A stretch of 64,000 nt of DNA, taken from an uncultured Acidobacteriaceae bacterium (GTDB lineage: Bacteria; Acidobacteriota; Terriglobia; Terriglobales; Acidobacteriaceae). The stretch lies in NCBI GenBank assembly GCA_963749275.1, contig CAVVNA010000017.1:5098-69097 (forward strand), read 5' to 3'. Under the pieces are notes generated by a model, which saw only the letters and a program-made list of their open reading frames with translations, was not told the origin of the DNA and searched no databases. Position numbers and translations under genes: made by a program. Shown here piece after piece: positions 32,940 to 41,109 of this stretch (positions within the stretch are counted from its first letter, which is position 1; every line of letters starts with the position of its first letter).

Positions 32940-34820
32940 ATGAGCGCCTGGATTCTGCTGCTCACCGCGGCCAGTTTTGCCGGGCAGTCAGCGACGGTCA
33001 CTTCCTATCGGGATCCCTTGGAACTGGTGCGCGAAGCAGTGCAGAACGAAATTAAGGCAGCCACTGACGACTCCGCCCGCTTCCTATTTCGCGGCACCAA
33101 GACTACGCCGCAAGGATCCACCACCAGACTCTACGTCGAAACCAAGGAAGCTACTGCCGGCTTGGTGATCGCCTACAACGGCAAGGCTCTGACTCGCGAA
33201 CAGCGCCAGGCGGAAGAGGCGCGCATCGAACGTTTCATCCACCATCCCGAAGAACTGAAAAGGAAGCGCGAGCAGGAGCGCGAGAGCGACGAGCGCACCA
33301 TGCGCATCGTGCGCGCACTACCCGATGCCTTCCTGTTCGAATACGCAGGAGAAGAACCGGCCTCAACTGGCATTGGCCGGGCCGGCGCCACTCTGGTCAA
33401 ATTGAAGTTCCAGCCTAATCCCCGCTACATACCGCCCACGCGCGTCGAGGAGGTCCTGCCCGGCATGCAGGGCTACGTGCTGGTGGACGCCGGCCGTTAC
33501 CGCATCGCCAGAATTGACGGCACGCTCTTCAAGCCGGTCAGCTTCGGGTGGGGAATTCTCGGTCACCTCGATCGCGGCGGCCGCTTCATGGTTCAGCAGC
33601 AGGAGGTTGGCGACAATTTCTGGGAAATTTCAAGCATGACGTTGAGCTTTACCGGGAAGATCCTGCTGTTTAAAAATCTCAACATCAGCTCGACGGAGGT
33701 TTTCAGCGGCTTCAAGCGGGTTCCCTCGGACCTGACCTTCACCCAGGCTGTGGAACTGCTGAAGCAGGAAGAATCCAACGAGTCCGCTGACAATCCTGCT
33801 GCCAACAGACTCGCCCACAAGTGGGGCGCTCGTGTGGGGACGGGCGTCTCGCCCGTCCGCGTTGGACAGCCGCCCTCGGCTGTCCAAGCCGAGCACAGTT
33901 CGGCAACTGCCTGTGGTCACAGCAGCCGTGGGTTCGCGCTAAGCTTTCCCGGCGCGAAACGTTTCTTCGCGCACGGTGAACTTCCGCACCAGGTCTTCGC
34001 GTACCCGGTAGCCCGTTCCGGACGCGTCACTGATGGCAATCATTCCATCGGCACGGACTTCAACTTCGGGCTCGATGATGTCTTCTTTCCAATAGCGCTT
34101 CGACGCCGACACATCTCCCGGCAAGCGGAAATTTTCGAGCGTCGACAACGCGATGTTGTGCGCCCGCCCCACTCCCGATTCCAACATCCCGCCGCACCAC
34201 ACCGGAACGTTGTGCCGCACTGTGACATCGTGTACCTTCTTCGCCTCGCTGAAACCGCCCACGCGCCCCACTTTGATATTGATGATGCGGCAGGCGCCGG
34301 TCTCGAGCGCAAAATCGGCGTCGCGCGCATTAAGAATCGATTCGTCCAGACAGATCGCCGTCTGGATGGCTTTCTGCAGCCGCGCATGAAGATAGATTTC
34401 GTCGTTCCACAACGGCTGCTCGATCATGAGCAGCTTGAAGGCGTCGAACTTGCGCAGGTGCTCGACCTCGTCGAGCGTATAGGCCGAATTCGCATCTACG
34501 CTGAGAACAATATCCGCCCAGCGCGCGCGGATCTTCTCCAGCACATTCAGATCCCATCCCGGCTTCACCTTGATCTTGATCCGCCGGTATCCCGCTGCCA
34601 GCTCTGTTTCGATCTTCTGCAGAAGCTGTTCCGGCGAGTCCTGAATGCCGATCGAAACGCCGCAGGCGATCTCGCGCCGCGTTCCTCCCAGCAACTTCCA
34701 GAGCGGTTGCTGTTTCTGCCGCGTCTCCGCGTCCCACACCGCGTTTTCCAGCGCGGCTTTTGCCATGCGGTGGCCGCGGACTCTGGCAAACCGCGCTGCA
34801 CAGTCCCGGCCGGCATCTAA
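32940..34820 (+). CDS. secreted conserved hypothetical protein; only about 32940-33800 looks genuine, and the ORF has no stop until 34820
   Basis: Signal peptide 'MSAWILLLTAASFAGQ'; protein-like sequence to '..AVELLKQEESNESADNPAAN'; the frame then runs through a REP element (33831-33894) and antisense to the NSAR/OSBS gene. Confidence 0.55.
   Translation: MSAWILLLTAASFAGQSATVTSYRDPLELVREAVQNEIKAATDDSARFLFRGTKTTPQGSTTRLYVETKEATAGLVIAYNGKALTREQRQAEEARIERFIHHPEELKRKREQERESDERTMRIVRALPDAFLFEYAGEEPASTGIGRAGATLVKLKFQPNPRYIPPTRVEEVLPGMQGYVLVDAGRYRIARIDGTLFKPVSFGWGILGHLDRGGRFMVQQQEVGDNFWEISSMTLSFTGKILLFKNLNISSTEVFSGFKRVPSDLTFTQAVELLKQEESNESADNPAANRLAHKWGARVGTGVSPVRVGQPPSAVQAEHSSATACGHSSRGFALSFPGAKRFFAHGELPHQVFAYPVARSGRVTDGNHSIGTDFNFGLDDVFFPIALRRRHISRQAEIFERRQRDVVRPPHSRFQHPAAPHRNVVPHCDIVYLLRLAETAHAPHFDIDDAAGAGLERKIGVARIKNRFVQTDRRLDGFLQPRMKIDFVVPQRLLDHEQLEGVELAQVLDLVERIGRIRIYAENNIRPARADLLQHIQIPSRLHLDLDPPVSRCQLCFDLLQKLFRRVLNADRNAAGDLAPRSSQQLPERLLFLPRLRVPHRVFQRGFCHAVAADSGKPRCTVPAGI
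33831..33894. repeat. REP-like double hairpin element
   Basis: GGACGGGCG-TCT-CGCCCGTCC (33838-33858) and GGACAGCCG-CCCT-CGGCTGTCC (33864-33885), with flanks 'CGTGTGGGGACGGG' and 'AAGCCGAGC' shared with the element at 37013-37060. Confidence 0.8.
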
Positions 34821-35057
34821 CTCGCCCTGCAGCAGCAGGGGCGCCAGGTAATGCTTGATCGTGGGCCACGCGGTCTCGGTCCACTCCGGGCTGTAATACG
34901 GGTCTTCTCCGGCAACGCACTCGCCCCATCCGCGCACTCCATCGGCCTCGACGCTCACCAGCAAGATGCGGCGGCTGTAAACGCGGCCAAAGCTCGTTTC
35001 AAAAAAATGCACGAGCGGCATATGAATTTCGCGAAGAGTCACCGATTCGATTTTCAT
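33939..35057 (-). CDS. enolase-superfamily N-succinylamino acid racemase / o-succinylbenzoate synthase (NSAR/OSBS subfamily)
   Basis: 'MKIESVTLREIHMPLVHFFETSFG..GWGECVAGE.PYYS', 'FARVRGHRMAKAALENAVWD', 'IKIKVKPGWD', 'SVDANSAYT', 'MIEQPL', 'ICLDESI', 'INIKVGRVGG', 'VWCGGMLESGVGRA' are colinear with Amycolatopsis NSAR as I recall it. Confidence 0.85.
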   Translation of the reverse strand: MKIESVTLREIHMPLVHFFETSFGRVYSRRILLVSVEADGVRGWGECVAGEDPYYSPEWTETAWPTIKHYLAPLLLQGELDAGRDCAARFARVRGHRMAKAALENAVWDAETRQKQQPLWKLLGGTRREIACGVSIGIQDSPEQLLQKIETELAAGYRRIKIKVKPGWDLNVLEKIRARWADIVLSVDANSAYTLDEVEHLRKFDAFKLLMIEQPLWNDEIYLHARLQKAIQTAICLDESILNARDADFALETGACRIINIKVGRVGGFSEAKKVHDVTVRHNVPVWCGGMLESGVGRAHNIALSTLENFRLPGDVSASKRYWKEDIIEPEVEVRADGMIAISDASGTGYRVREDLVRKFTVREETFRAGKA

Positions 35058-35091
35058 AATTTCGTTTTACAAACGCCTGTGTAAAGGGTGC

Positions 35092-35120
35092 CCCACGTCT
35101 CGCGGTTTTCGAGACGTGGG
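35092..35120. repeat. REP hairpin (GGTGCCCCAC...GTGGG family)
   Basis: CCCACGTCTCG-cggtttt-CGAGACGTGGG, 11-bp perfect stem, in the spacer between the GNAT stop and the NSAR/OSBS start. Confidence 0.8.
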
Positions 35121-35147
35121 CCGCCGCGCAATGCGCACCAGAGCGCC

Positions 35148-36020
35148 CTAATACTGCCAGCCTTCGTCCCACTCTCCCAGCAGGAACCGCCCACTCCCGC
35201 GCCCGTCGCGCTCATAGCCAAGCACACTCATTCCTTCGGTAAACGCCCGCTGGAACCGCTCACGATTCCTTTCCTGCACGGCTAGCGCCTGCGTACGCGT
35301 CGTCACCTCGGCCTTCCATTCGTAAACCTCCGCTGGCACATCGATGTGCGCTCGACATTCGAACTGCGCCCGCGGAACATCCGCCAGCACCGCTTCGACC
35401 CGCTTTGACTTCATCCACCACTCCGCCACCAGCCGGTCGGTGGGCAGACCACCCTGCAACGGCGACGATGTAATCCCGTACTGGTTCACGTTATAGCGGC
35501 GCGCGATCGCGCCCAGCTTCTCGACATTCAAATACGCGTTCTTGACCTCCAGCGGATCGAACGTCCACTCCATCAGCTCGAAACCCCGCGCCAGAGCATC
35601 TTCACGCTGATAGAGCTTCATCCGCCGACCCAGGCCTCCATTGCGATATTGCTGGCGGACGGCCAGCATGTGCGAGTGCAGATAGCAGTGGCCGTTCCGC
35701 ATTCCCGGAATCGCGAGCGCGAAGCCGATCAGCTCCTTTTTGTCGTCTCGTTCCTCGCCGTCCCTTTCGTCGTTTCTTTGGTCGTTTCTATGAATGAAGG
35801 CCCCAATCACCTGGCCGCCGATCTTCGCTGCCACAACGAACATCCGCACCGGAACCAGGTCCGCATCCGAGAATTTCCATACTTCTTTCTGCAGCGCAAA
35901 GCAGGCCTGCATCTCCGCGAGCGCTGCGCACTTGCGGATGATCACCGCGCCGGTCTTCGGTATCGATATCTTGGTCGCTCCCGTCACGCCGGTTTTTCCT
36001 GCTGCTTCGCCTCTTGCCAT
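35148..36020 (-). CDS. GNAT-family acyltransferase (COG3375-like)
   Basis: 'AFALAIPGMRNGHCYLHSHMLAVRQQYRNGGLGRRMKLYQREDALARGFELMEWTFDPLEVKNAYLNVEKLGA'; start either ATG 36020 or GTG 35987 (GTGA overlap with the mazG stop); acidic low-complexity insert 'HRNDQRNDERDGEERDDKKE'. Confidence 0.75.
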   Translation of the reverse strand: MARGEAAGKTGVTGATKISIPKTGAVIIRKCAALAEMQACFALQKEVWKFSDADLVPVRMFVVAAKIGGQVIGAFIHRNDQRNDERDGEERDDKKELIGFALAIPGMRNGHCYLHSHMLAVRQQYRNGGLGRRMKLYQREDALARGFELMEWTFDPLEVKNAYLNVEKLGAIARRYNVNQYGITSSPLQGGLPTDRLVAEWWMKSKRVEAVLADVPRAQFECRAHIDVPAEVYEWKAEVTTRTQALAVQERNRERFQRAFTEGMSVLGYERDGRGSGRFLLGEWDEGWQY

Positions 36021-36967
36021 AGTGTTTCCAGTTCGTCCATCGATGCCTGCTGCGGCGCACGCCCGCTGGCGCGCAGGCGCTCCTCCATCCATTGAAACCG
36101 GCGCTTGAATTTACGATTCGTCTTCCTCAACGCCGACTCCGGATCGAGCGCCAGAAAGCGCGCAATGTTCACCAGAACGAAGAACAGATCTCCAACTTCA
36201 TCTTCCAGACGCTCGCGCAGCTCTGGCGAAACCCGCGGCTTCCCTGACCCAGCAATTCCCGTCCCAAGCGATCGACCTTTGAGAGGAGGCATCGGCACGG
36301 CCTTCAGCTCCTCCCGCAACTCCGTTGTCTCTTCTTCGAGCTTGGCAAAAAGCCCTTCCACCTCCGGCCAATCAAATCCCACGTGCGCCGCCCGCGAGCT
36401 GAGCTTATAAGCCTCCATCAGCGCGGGCATTTTCGACGACACGCCGGCGAGCACCGATTGCACGTCGCCAGCCTCATTAGCGACCTCCTGAGCGGGGTGC
36501 CCCACTCCTTGCGTTTTTTGCAAGGAGTGGGTGACGGCGCCGTCGGACTGATTCGCGCTCGTGCCCAGGTCCGCCGCCAGCCTTTTCTTTTTCTCTTCCG
36601 CTTTCAGCGCCTCCCAGTTGCGCAGCACTTCGGCCGGAGTATCCGCCTTCACATCACCAAAAACGTGCGGATGCCGATCCACCAGTTTGTTGGAAAGCCG
36701 GTCTAGCACATCATCTACCGAAAAGTGACCATCCTCGCTTGCCATCTGCGAATAAAACAGCACCTGCAGCAGCAGGTCGCCCAATTCGCCGGTGAGTTCC
36801 GGCCAATCGCGATTGTCGATGGCTTCGAGGACTTCGTAAGCCTCTTCCAGCGTGTAGGGCTTGATGGTGTCGAAAGTCTGTTCGCGGTCCCACGGGCATC
36901 CGCCCGGAGCCCGCAACCGTGCCATGATTTGAACCGCTCGCTCGAATCGTTCGCCTGTAGTGGGCAT
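35984..36967 (-). CDS. mazG: nucleoside triphosphate pyrophosphohydrolase MazG (tandem MazG domains)
   Basis: 'RLRAPGGCPWDREQTFDTIKPYTLEEAYEVLEAI', 'ELGDLLLQVLFYSQMA', 'KLVDRHPHVFG'; second domain 'MPALMEAYKLSSRAAHVGFDWPEVEG..EVGDLFFVLVNIAR'; start at ATG 36967 (the upstream part of the ORF is REP sequence). Confidence 0.9.
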   Translation of the reverse strand: MPTTGERFERAVQIMARLRAPGGCPWDREQTFDTIKPYTLEEAYEVLEAIDNRDWPELTGELGDLLLQVLFYSQMASEDGHFSVDDVLDRLSNKLVDRHPHVFGDVKADTPAEVLRNWEALKAEEKKKRLAADLGTSANQSDGAVTHSLQKTQGVGHPAQEVANEAGDVQSVLAGVSSKMPALMEAYKLSSRAAHVGFDWPEVEGLFAKLEEETTELREELKAVPMPPLKGRSLGTGIAGSGKPRVSPELRERLEDEVGDLFFVLVNIARFLALDPESALRKTNRKFKRRFQWMEERLRASGRAPQQASMDELETLWQEAKQQEKPA

Positions 36968-37012
36968 CCTGTTCAATGTAAATGAGGTGAATTCCGCGAG
37001 CAATGGCGAAGC

Positions 37013-37060
37013 ACGTGTGGGGACGGGGCTTTGCCCCGTCAAAGCCGAGCGCAGCTCGGC
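37013..37060. repeat. REP-like double hairpin element
   Basis: GACGGGG-cTTTg-CCCCGTC (37022-37040) and GCCGAGC-GCA-GCTCGGC (37044-37060); same flanks as the element at 33831-33894. Confidence 0.8.
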
Positions 37061-37099
37061 AGCGTTCTAAGCTGGCGCAATTCGGAAAAGTTCTCACTC

Positions 37100-37744
37100 T
37101 TATCGCAGCGAGCGAACCATCAGTTCCGTCTCATCCGAGATAATCGCATCCACGCCCCACGCTGCGAGCTCACACATGCGCTCGGCGCGATTCACCGTCC
37201 AGACCATGATTCTCTTCCCCGCCGCATGAACCAGTTCGACCAATTTTCCATCCGCCAATTTGAATTGCGGAATCACCCACTCCGCCGCCATTTCGCGCCA
37301 ACCTCGAAGCTGACCCCGCGTCTCACAAAGAAATCCCAGCGGAATCGCCGGATCGAGAAGGTGAATTGCCACAAGCACATCGGGAAGAAAAGACGAAACC
37401 ACGAATCCCTTTTGCGGCGGATACTTGCGCAATTCAGCGAGCGTCTTCAGCCCCAGCCCCGCAACCTTTAGCTCGATATCGAGAAACGCCCGCTGCGCAA
37501 ATTGCCGCAGAACATCTTCCAGTGTTGTCAACGGCAGGCTCTTCGACGCCGTGTCCTCGATCTTCATCCCTCCGATGGTCGCGTCGTGGCAGATCACAGC
37601 CTGCCCATCGGCGGAAAGCCGCACGTCGAATTCGAACCCGTCGCAGCCGTGGCGCAAACAAAACTCAAACGATGCCAAAGTATTTTCAGGAATTTGGCGG
37701 AAAGCCCGAGCCCCACGATGCCCCAAAAGAAGCGGAAGACTCAT
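37100..37744 (-). CDS. glycerophosphodiester phosphodiesterase (GDPD family)
   Basis: 'LLLGHRGA....PENTLASFEFCLRHGCDGFEFDVRLSADGQAVICHD' catalytic motif; 'IMVWTVN', 'GVDAIISD'; start at ATG 37744 (the upstream 112 codons of the ORF are not protein-like). Confidence 0.85.
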   Translation of the reverse strand: MSLPLLLGHRGARAFRQIPENTLASFEFCLRHGCDGFEFDVRLSADGQAVICHDATIGGMKIEDTASKSLPLTTLEDVLRQFAQRAFLDIELKVAGLGLKTLAELRKYPPQKGFVVSSFLPDVLVAIHLLDPAIPLGFLCETRGQLRGWREMAAEWVIPQFKLADGKLVELVHAAGKRIMVWTVNRAERMCELAAWGVDAIISDETELMVRSLR

Positions 37745-37803
37745 GCAAGTGTTTGTTTTTCTCGGCGTCCTCAGCGTCTCGGCGGTGAGAAAGCAGCAAC
37801 GCC

Positions 37804-38127
37804 TCAGTCTAAATCGAAATCCCGGATCGGCTTTCCCGTGTCTGGGGTTTCCTTGGCCTTCTTCACCGCCTCCTGGAATTTTTTCTCCAGCAGCTCCGAG
37901 GCATGCTTTTGCGCTTCCATCGATTGGCGAAAAATCGAGTCGCGCCGGCTGTCCTGTTCCTTCATGGCGCGAGCCGCTTCTTCCATGTCGTTGAAGGTTT
38001 TCGGCTTGACGGGCGCAGTATGCGCTATGATGCTGCGCGTCGCCGCGTCGATTTTCATGACCGCGCCGCAGCAAGGACAAGTCACGTCAAAACTAGACTC
38101 ACGAGAATTGGATTCGCGTTTCACCAC
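37804..38127 (-). CDS. hypothetical protein with N-terminal CPCC knuckle and Lys/Glu-rich helix
   Basis: 107-aa ORF 'FDVTCPCCGAVMKID..'; helical charged C-terminal half; sits between a membrane ORF and the GDPD gene on the same strand. Confidence 0.55.
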   Translation of the reverse strand: MVKRESNSRESSFDVTCPCCGAVMKIDAATRSIIAHTAPVKPKTFNDMEEAARAMKEQDSRRDSIFRQSMEAQKHASELLEKKFQEAVKKAKETPDTGKPIRDFDLD

Positions 38128-38160
38128 ACGCGATCATACCGCAATTGGCCGCAATCCGCG

Positions 38161-38394
38161 TCAGCGCGGCGTGAGGCGAATCGGCAGAATATTGAACAGA
38201 TACAGCATTTCCCAACCCAGCAGAACGATCGACACCACCACCACCAGAATCGCCAGAATCTCGCCAAAGCTCAGACCCCGGTCATGTTCGAAACGGCGCG
38301 CCCCCAGGGTCAAAATATTCAGCGTGGCGAAGCCAAACACCAGCGCCCAGAGAATGTTGTAAATCTCCCCGCGGGTCGTTCGCAGAAGGAACAT
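38161..38394 (-). CDS. possible small membrane protein (2 TM)
   Basis: Hydrophobic C-terminal part of ORF 38161..38607 ('IYNILWALVFGFATLNILTLG', 'FGEILAILVVVVSIVLLGW'); start uncertain (ATG 38394 chosen). Confidence 0.3.
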   Translation of the reverse strand: MFLLRTTRGEIYNILWALVFGFATLNILTLGARRFEHDRGLSFGEILAILVVVVSIVLLGWEMLYLFNILPIRLTPR

Positions 38395-38698
38395 TCCGGG
38401 CAAAACCCCGACCGCCAGCGCGCGCAGAGCACGGCCAGAGAACTCTACCCACCCGTGGGCCTGCCCCGTCACAACAAGCAGCGGTGAGCAGCTCCGGAAT
38501 AAGGATGAGCAACTCCGGAATGCGGACGAAGGACTCCGGGGTGCAGCGGTGAAAGGCCGAGGCGGTCTCATGCAGAAATTCGATAGTACCGTGTTTGCCT
38601 TCCCCAAGTCAGCCAGTCCGCAAAAAAGACATTCCTAACGTCACTGCGGTTGATTTTCTCAGGACGGTCACAGAGGATAGTACGCGAGAAAGTACGCG

Positions 38699-40096
38699 AT
38701 GATCGTCAACTTCGCCGAGCGGGCGCACAACCATAACTGGGAACTCGACCCGGTGACCAGGTCCTTGCTCGATACCGATTTCTACAAGCTGCTGATGCTC
38801 CAGTTCATCTGGAAGCATTACCCGAGAACCCGAGTGTCGTTTTCGCTGTTCAACCGCTCCACTTCCTTCCGCCTCGCCGACATGTTCCCGCGCGAGGAGC
38901 TTGTCCACCAGATGGAGCACGCTCGCAGCCTCCGGTTTCGCAGGTCGGAACTGGTCTGGCTCGCCGGCAACACCTTCTATGGCCGCCGCGGAATCTTTGA
39001 ACCCGCTTTTCTGGAATGGCTGGAACGTGATTTCCGGTTGTCGGACTATGAACTATCGATCAACGACGGGCAGTTCCATCTCACTTTCGACGGCCTTTGG
39101 ACCGAGACGACGATGTGGGAGATCTATGCGCTCTCCATCCTTGACGAGCTCAAGACCCGAGCCGGTTTGAAAAAGCTGCGCGAGTTCGGTCTCGACATCC
39201 TGTACGCCAGGGCGAAAACAAAGCTCTGGGGCAAGATCGAGCGACTGCGCGGCGTTCCCGGCCTTGCCGTGGCTGACTTCGGAACCCGGCGCCGCCACAG
39301 CTTCCTCTGGCAGGAATACGTGGTCAATGCCATGGCAGCGAATCTCGGCAACGCCTTTACTGGAACCTCGAATGCCTTCCTCGCCCATAAGCACGATCTG
39401 GAAGCCATCGGAACGAACGCGCACGAGATCCCCATGGTTCTCGCCGCACTCGCGCCCGATGACGATACCCTGAAAGCTTCTCAATACCGCGTCCTCGAGT
39501 TGTGGCAGAGCACCTACGAAGGCGCTCTCCGCATCATGCTGCCGGATACTTTTGGAACTACGCAATTTCTCGACCATGCCCCCGACTGGACGGCCGATTG
39601 GACGGGCCAACGCATCGACAGCAAGAATCCCTACGTCGCAGGCGATGAATATATTCAATGGCTCAAGGAGCGCGGTCGCGATCCGCATAAAAAGCTCATC
39701 ATCGCGTCCGACGCACTCGACGTCGATGACATCCTCGGCCTGCACGCCTATTTTGGCGGGGCGCTGGCGGGCGGCGCCACGATTCGCACCACGATAAACG
39801 ACTTTCGCAGTGCCGCCGATTTCCTCGATCCCAAAAAGTGGACCCCGGGCCGGCGCATTCGTTTCAGTGCAGGTTGGGGAACTTTTCTGACCAACGATTT
39901 CCGCGGCTGCGATCCCGCCGCCGGCAGCGACTTTGACCCAATCAGCCTGATCTGCAAGGTATCCACTGTTGAAGGCAAGCCCGCAGTCAAGCTCTCAGAT
40001 AACTACGCCAAGGCGCTCGGCACGCCGACCGAAATCGAACGCTATCGCCGCCTGTTCGGCACCAAAGGACTCAGCAACATTCCGGTGATCGCGTGA
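38699..40096 (+). CDS. pncB: nicotinate phosphoribosyltransferase
   Basis: 'SLLDTDFYKLLMLQFIWKHYP', 'VADFGTRRRHS', 'GTSNAFLA', 'AIGTNAHE', 'LPDTFGT', 'QRIDSKNP' NAPRTase motifs. Confidence 0.9.
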   Translation: MIVNFAERAHNHNWELDPVTRSLLDTDFYKLLMLQFIWKHYPRTRVSFSLFNRSTSFRLADMFPREELVHQMEHARSLRFRRSELVWLAGNTFYGRRGIFEPAFLEWLERDFRLSDYELSINDGQFHLTFDGLWTETTMWEIYALSILDELKTRAGLKKLREFGLDILYARAKTKLWGKIERLRGVPGLAVADFGTRRRHSFLWQEYVVNAMAANLGNAFTGTSNAFLAHKHDLEAIGTNAHEIPMVLAALAPDDDTLKASQYRVLELWQSTYEGALRIMLPDTFGTTQFLDHAPDWTADWTGQRIDSKNPYVAGDEYIQWLKERGRDPHKKLIIASDALDVDDILGLHAYFGGALAGGATIRTTINDFRSAADFLDPKKWTPGRRIRFSAGWGTFLTNDFRGCDPAAGSDFDPISLICKVSTVEGKPAVKLSDNYAKALGTPTEIERYRRLFGTKGLSNIPVIA

Positions 40097-40938
40097 ATAA
40101 TTCGTTGCCCCACTCACATTCGCCACTCCCCGATTTTCTCTACGGCACCGCCTGGAAGGAAGATCGCACCCCGGCCCTCACCGAACTCGCGCTGCGCATG
40201 GGCTTTCGCGGCATCGACACAGCGAACCAGCGGCGGCATTACTTCGAAGAAGGAGTGGGCCAAGGATTGGCCGCTGCTTATCGCGCCGGCTTGGTCACGC
40301 GCGACGATCTTTTTCTGCAAACGAAATTTACCTATCGGCCCGGTCAGGACCACCGCCTGCCCTGCGACCCCGCAGCCTCGCTTTCCGTTCAGGTCGCTCA
40401 GTCAATGGCCAGTTCGCTCGACCATCTCGCGACCGGCTACGTTGACAGTTACGTGCTGCACGGTCCCTCCTCCAACCACGACTGGACCGATGCTGACAAC
40501 GAGGTCTGGGAGGCGATGCAGAAAGAGCGCGATGCCGGCCGCGCCCGTTTCCTCGGCGTAAGCAACGTTTCCCTGCGTCACCTGCAGCAGATGGCAACCA
40601 CCCGCGCCGAACTTCCTGCATTCGTGCAAAACCGCTGCTATGCCCGCCTTAGCTGGGACCGCGCCGCGCGATTGTTTTGCCGGGAGCGCAAAATCATCTA
40701 TCAGGGATTCTCGCTTCTTACCGCGAATCAGGAGGTGCTACACCATCCTCTGATCGCCCGTCTGGCCGCGAACGCTAACGCTACGCCGGCCCAGGTCGTG
40801 TTCAGCTTCGCCCGCACCGTCGGAATTCTGCCTCTGACCGGCACCTCCGACGGAGAGCACATGAAGCAGGATCTGGCCAGCCGCGACCTCACGCTTCCGC
40901 CGGACGCAGTACATGCAATTGAGTCCTTGGCCGGCTGA
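40093..40938 (+). CDS. aldo/keto reductase
   Basis: 'YGTAWKEDRT..GFRGIDTANQRRHYFEEGVG', 'YVDSYVLHGP', 'FLGVSNVS', 'FVQNRCY', 'ILPLTGTS'; start overlaps the pncB stop (GTGA). Confidence 0.85.
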   Translation: MNNSLPHSHSPLPDFLYGTAWKEDRTPALTELALRMGFRGIDTANQRRHYFEEGVGQGLAAAYRAGLVTRDDLFLQTKFTYRPGQDHRLPCDPAASLSVQVAQSMASSLDHLATGYVDSYVLHGPSSNHDWTDADNEVWEAMQKERDAGRARFLGVSNVSLRHLQQMATTRAELPAFVQNRCYARLSWDRAARLFCRERKIIYQGFSLLTANQEVLHHPLIARLAANANATPAQVVFSFARTVGILPLTGTSDGEHMKQDLASRDLTLPPDAVHAIESLAG

Positions 40939-40940
40939 CT

Positions 40941-41073
40941 AGAGCTGGTTTCATAAATCGGTTTTGGGTAGGGCACGGCTTCAGCCGCGCCGTTCAGGGC
41001 CTGGAGGAATGCGGGCTTTAGCCCCTGAGGGACGTGCCTTCCGAGTTGAAAGGCATTTTATGAAATCAGCTCT
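40941..41073. repeat. 133-bp MITE/REP-like palindromic element with 17-bp terminal inverted repeats
   Basis: AGAGCTGGTTTCATAAA (40941-40957) vs TTTATGAAATCAGCTCT (41057-41073), 16/17 complementary; internal GGCACG...CGTGCC and GGGCTTTAGCCC palindromes; no coding capacity. Confidence 0.6.
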
Positions 41074-41109
41074 ACGCCCGGTGAACTCCCGCGGTTAACC
41101 GACTTCCCT

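Noticed and set aside
35145-35154. The recurrent 10-mer GCCCTAATAC / GTATTAGGGC (also at 19021-19030 and 47186-47215) as a dispersed regulatory motif
   Set aside because: The 35.1-kb copy is simply the '..WQY-stop' end of the GNAT CDS, and the orientations and contexts differ. Three loci are suggestive but not enough without a genome-wide count.
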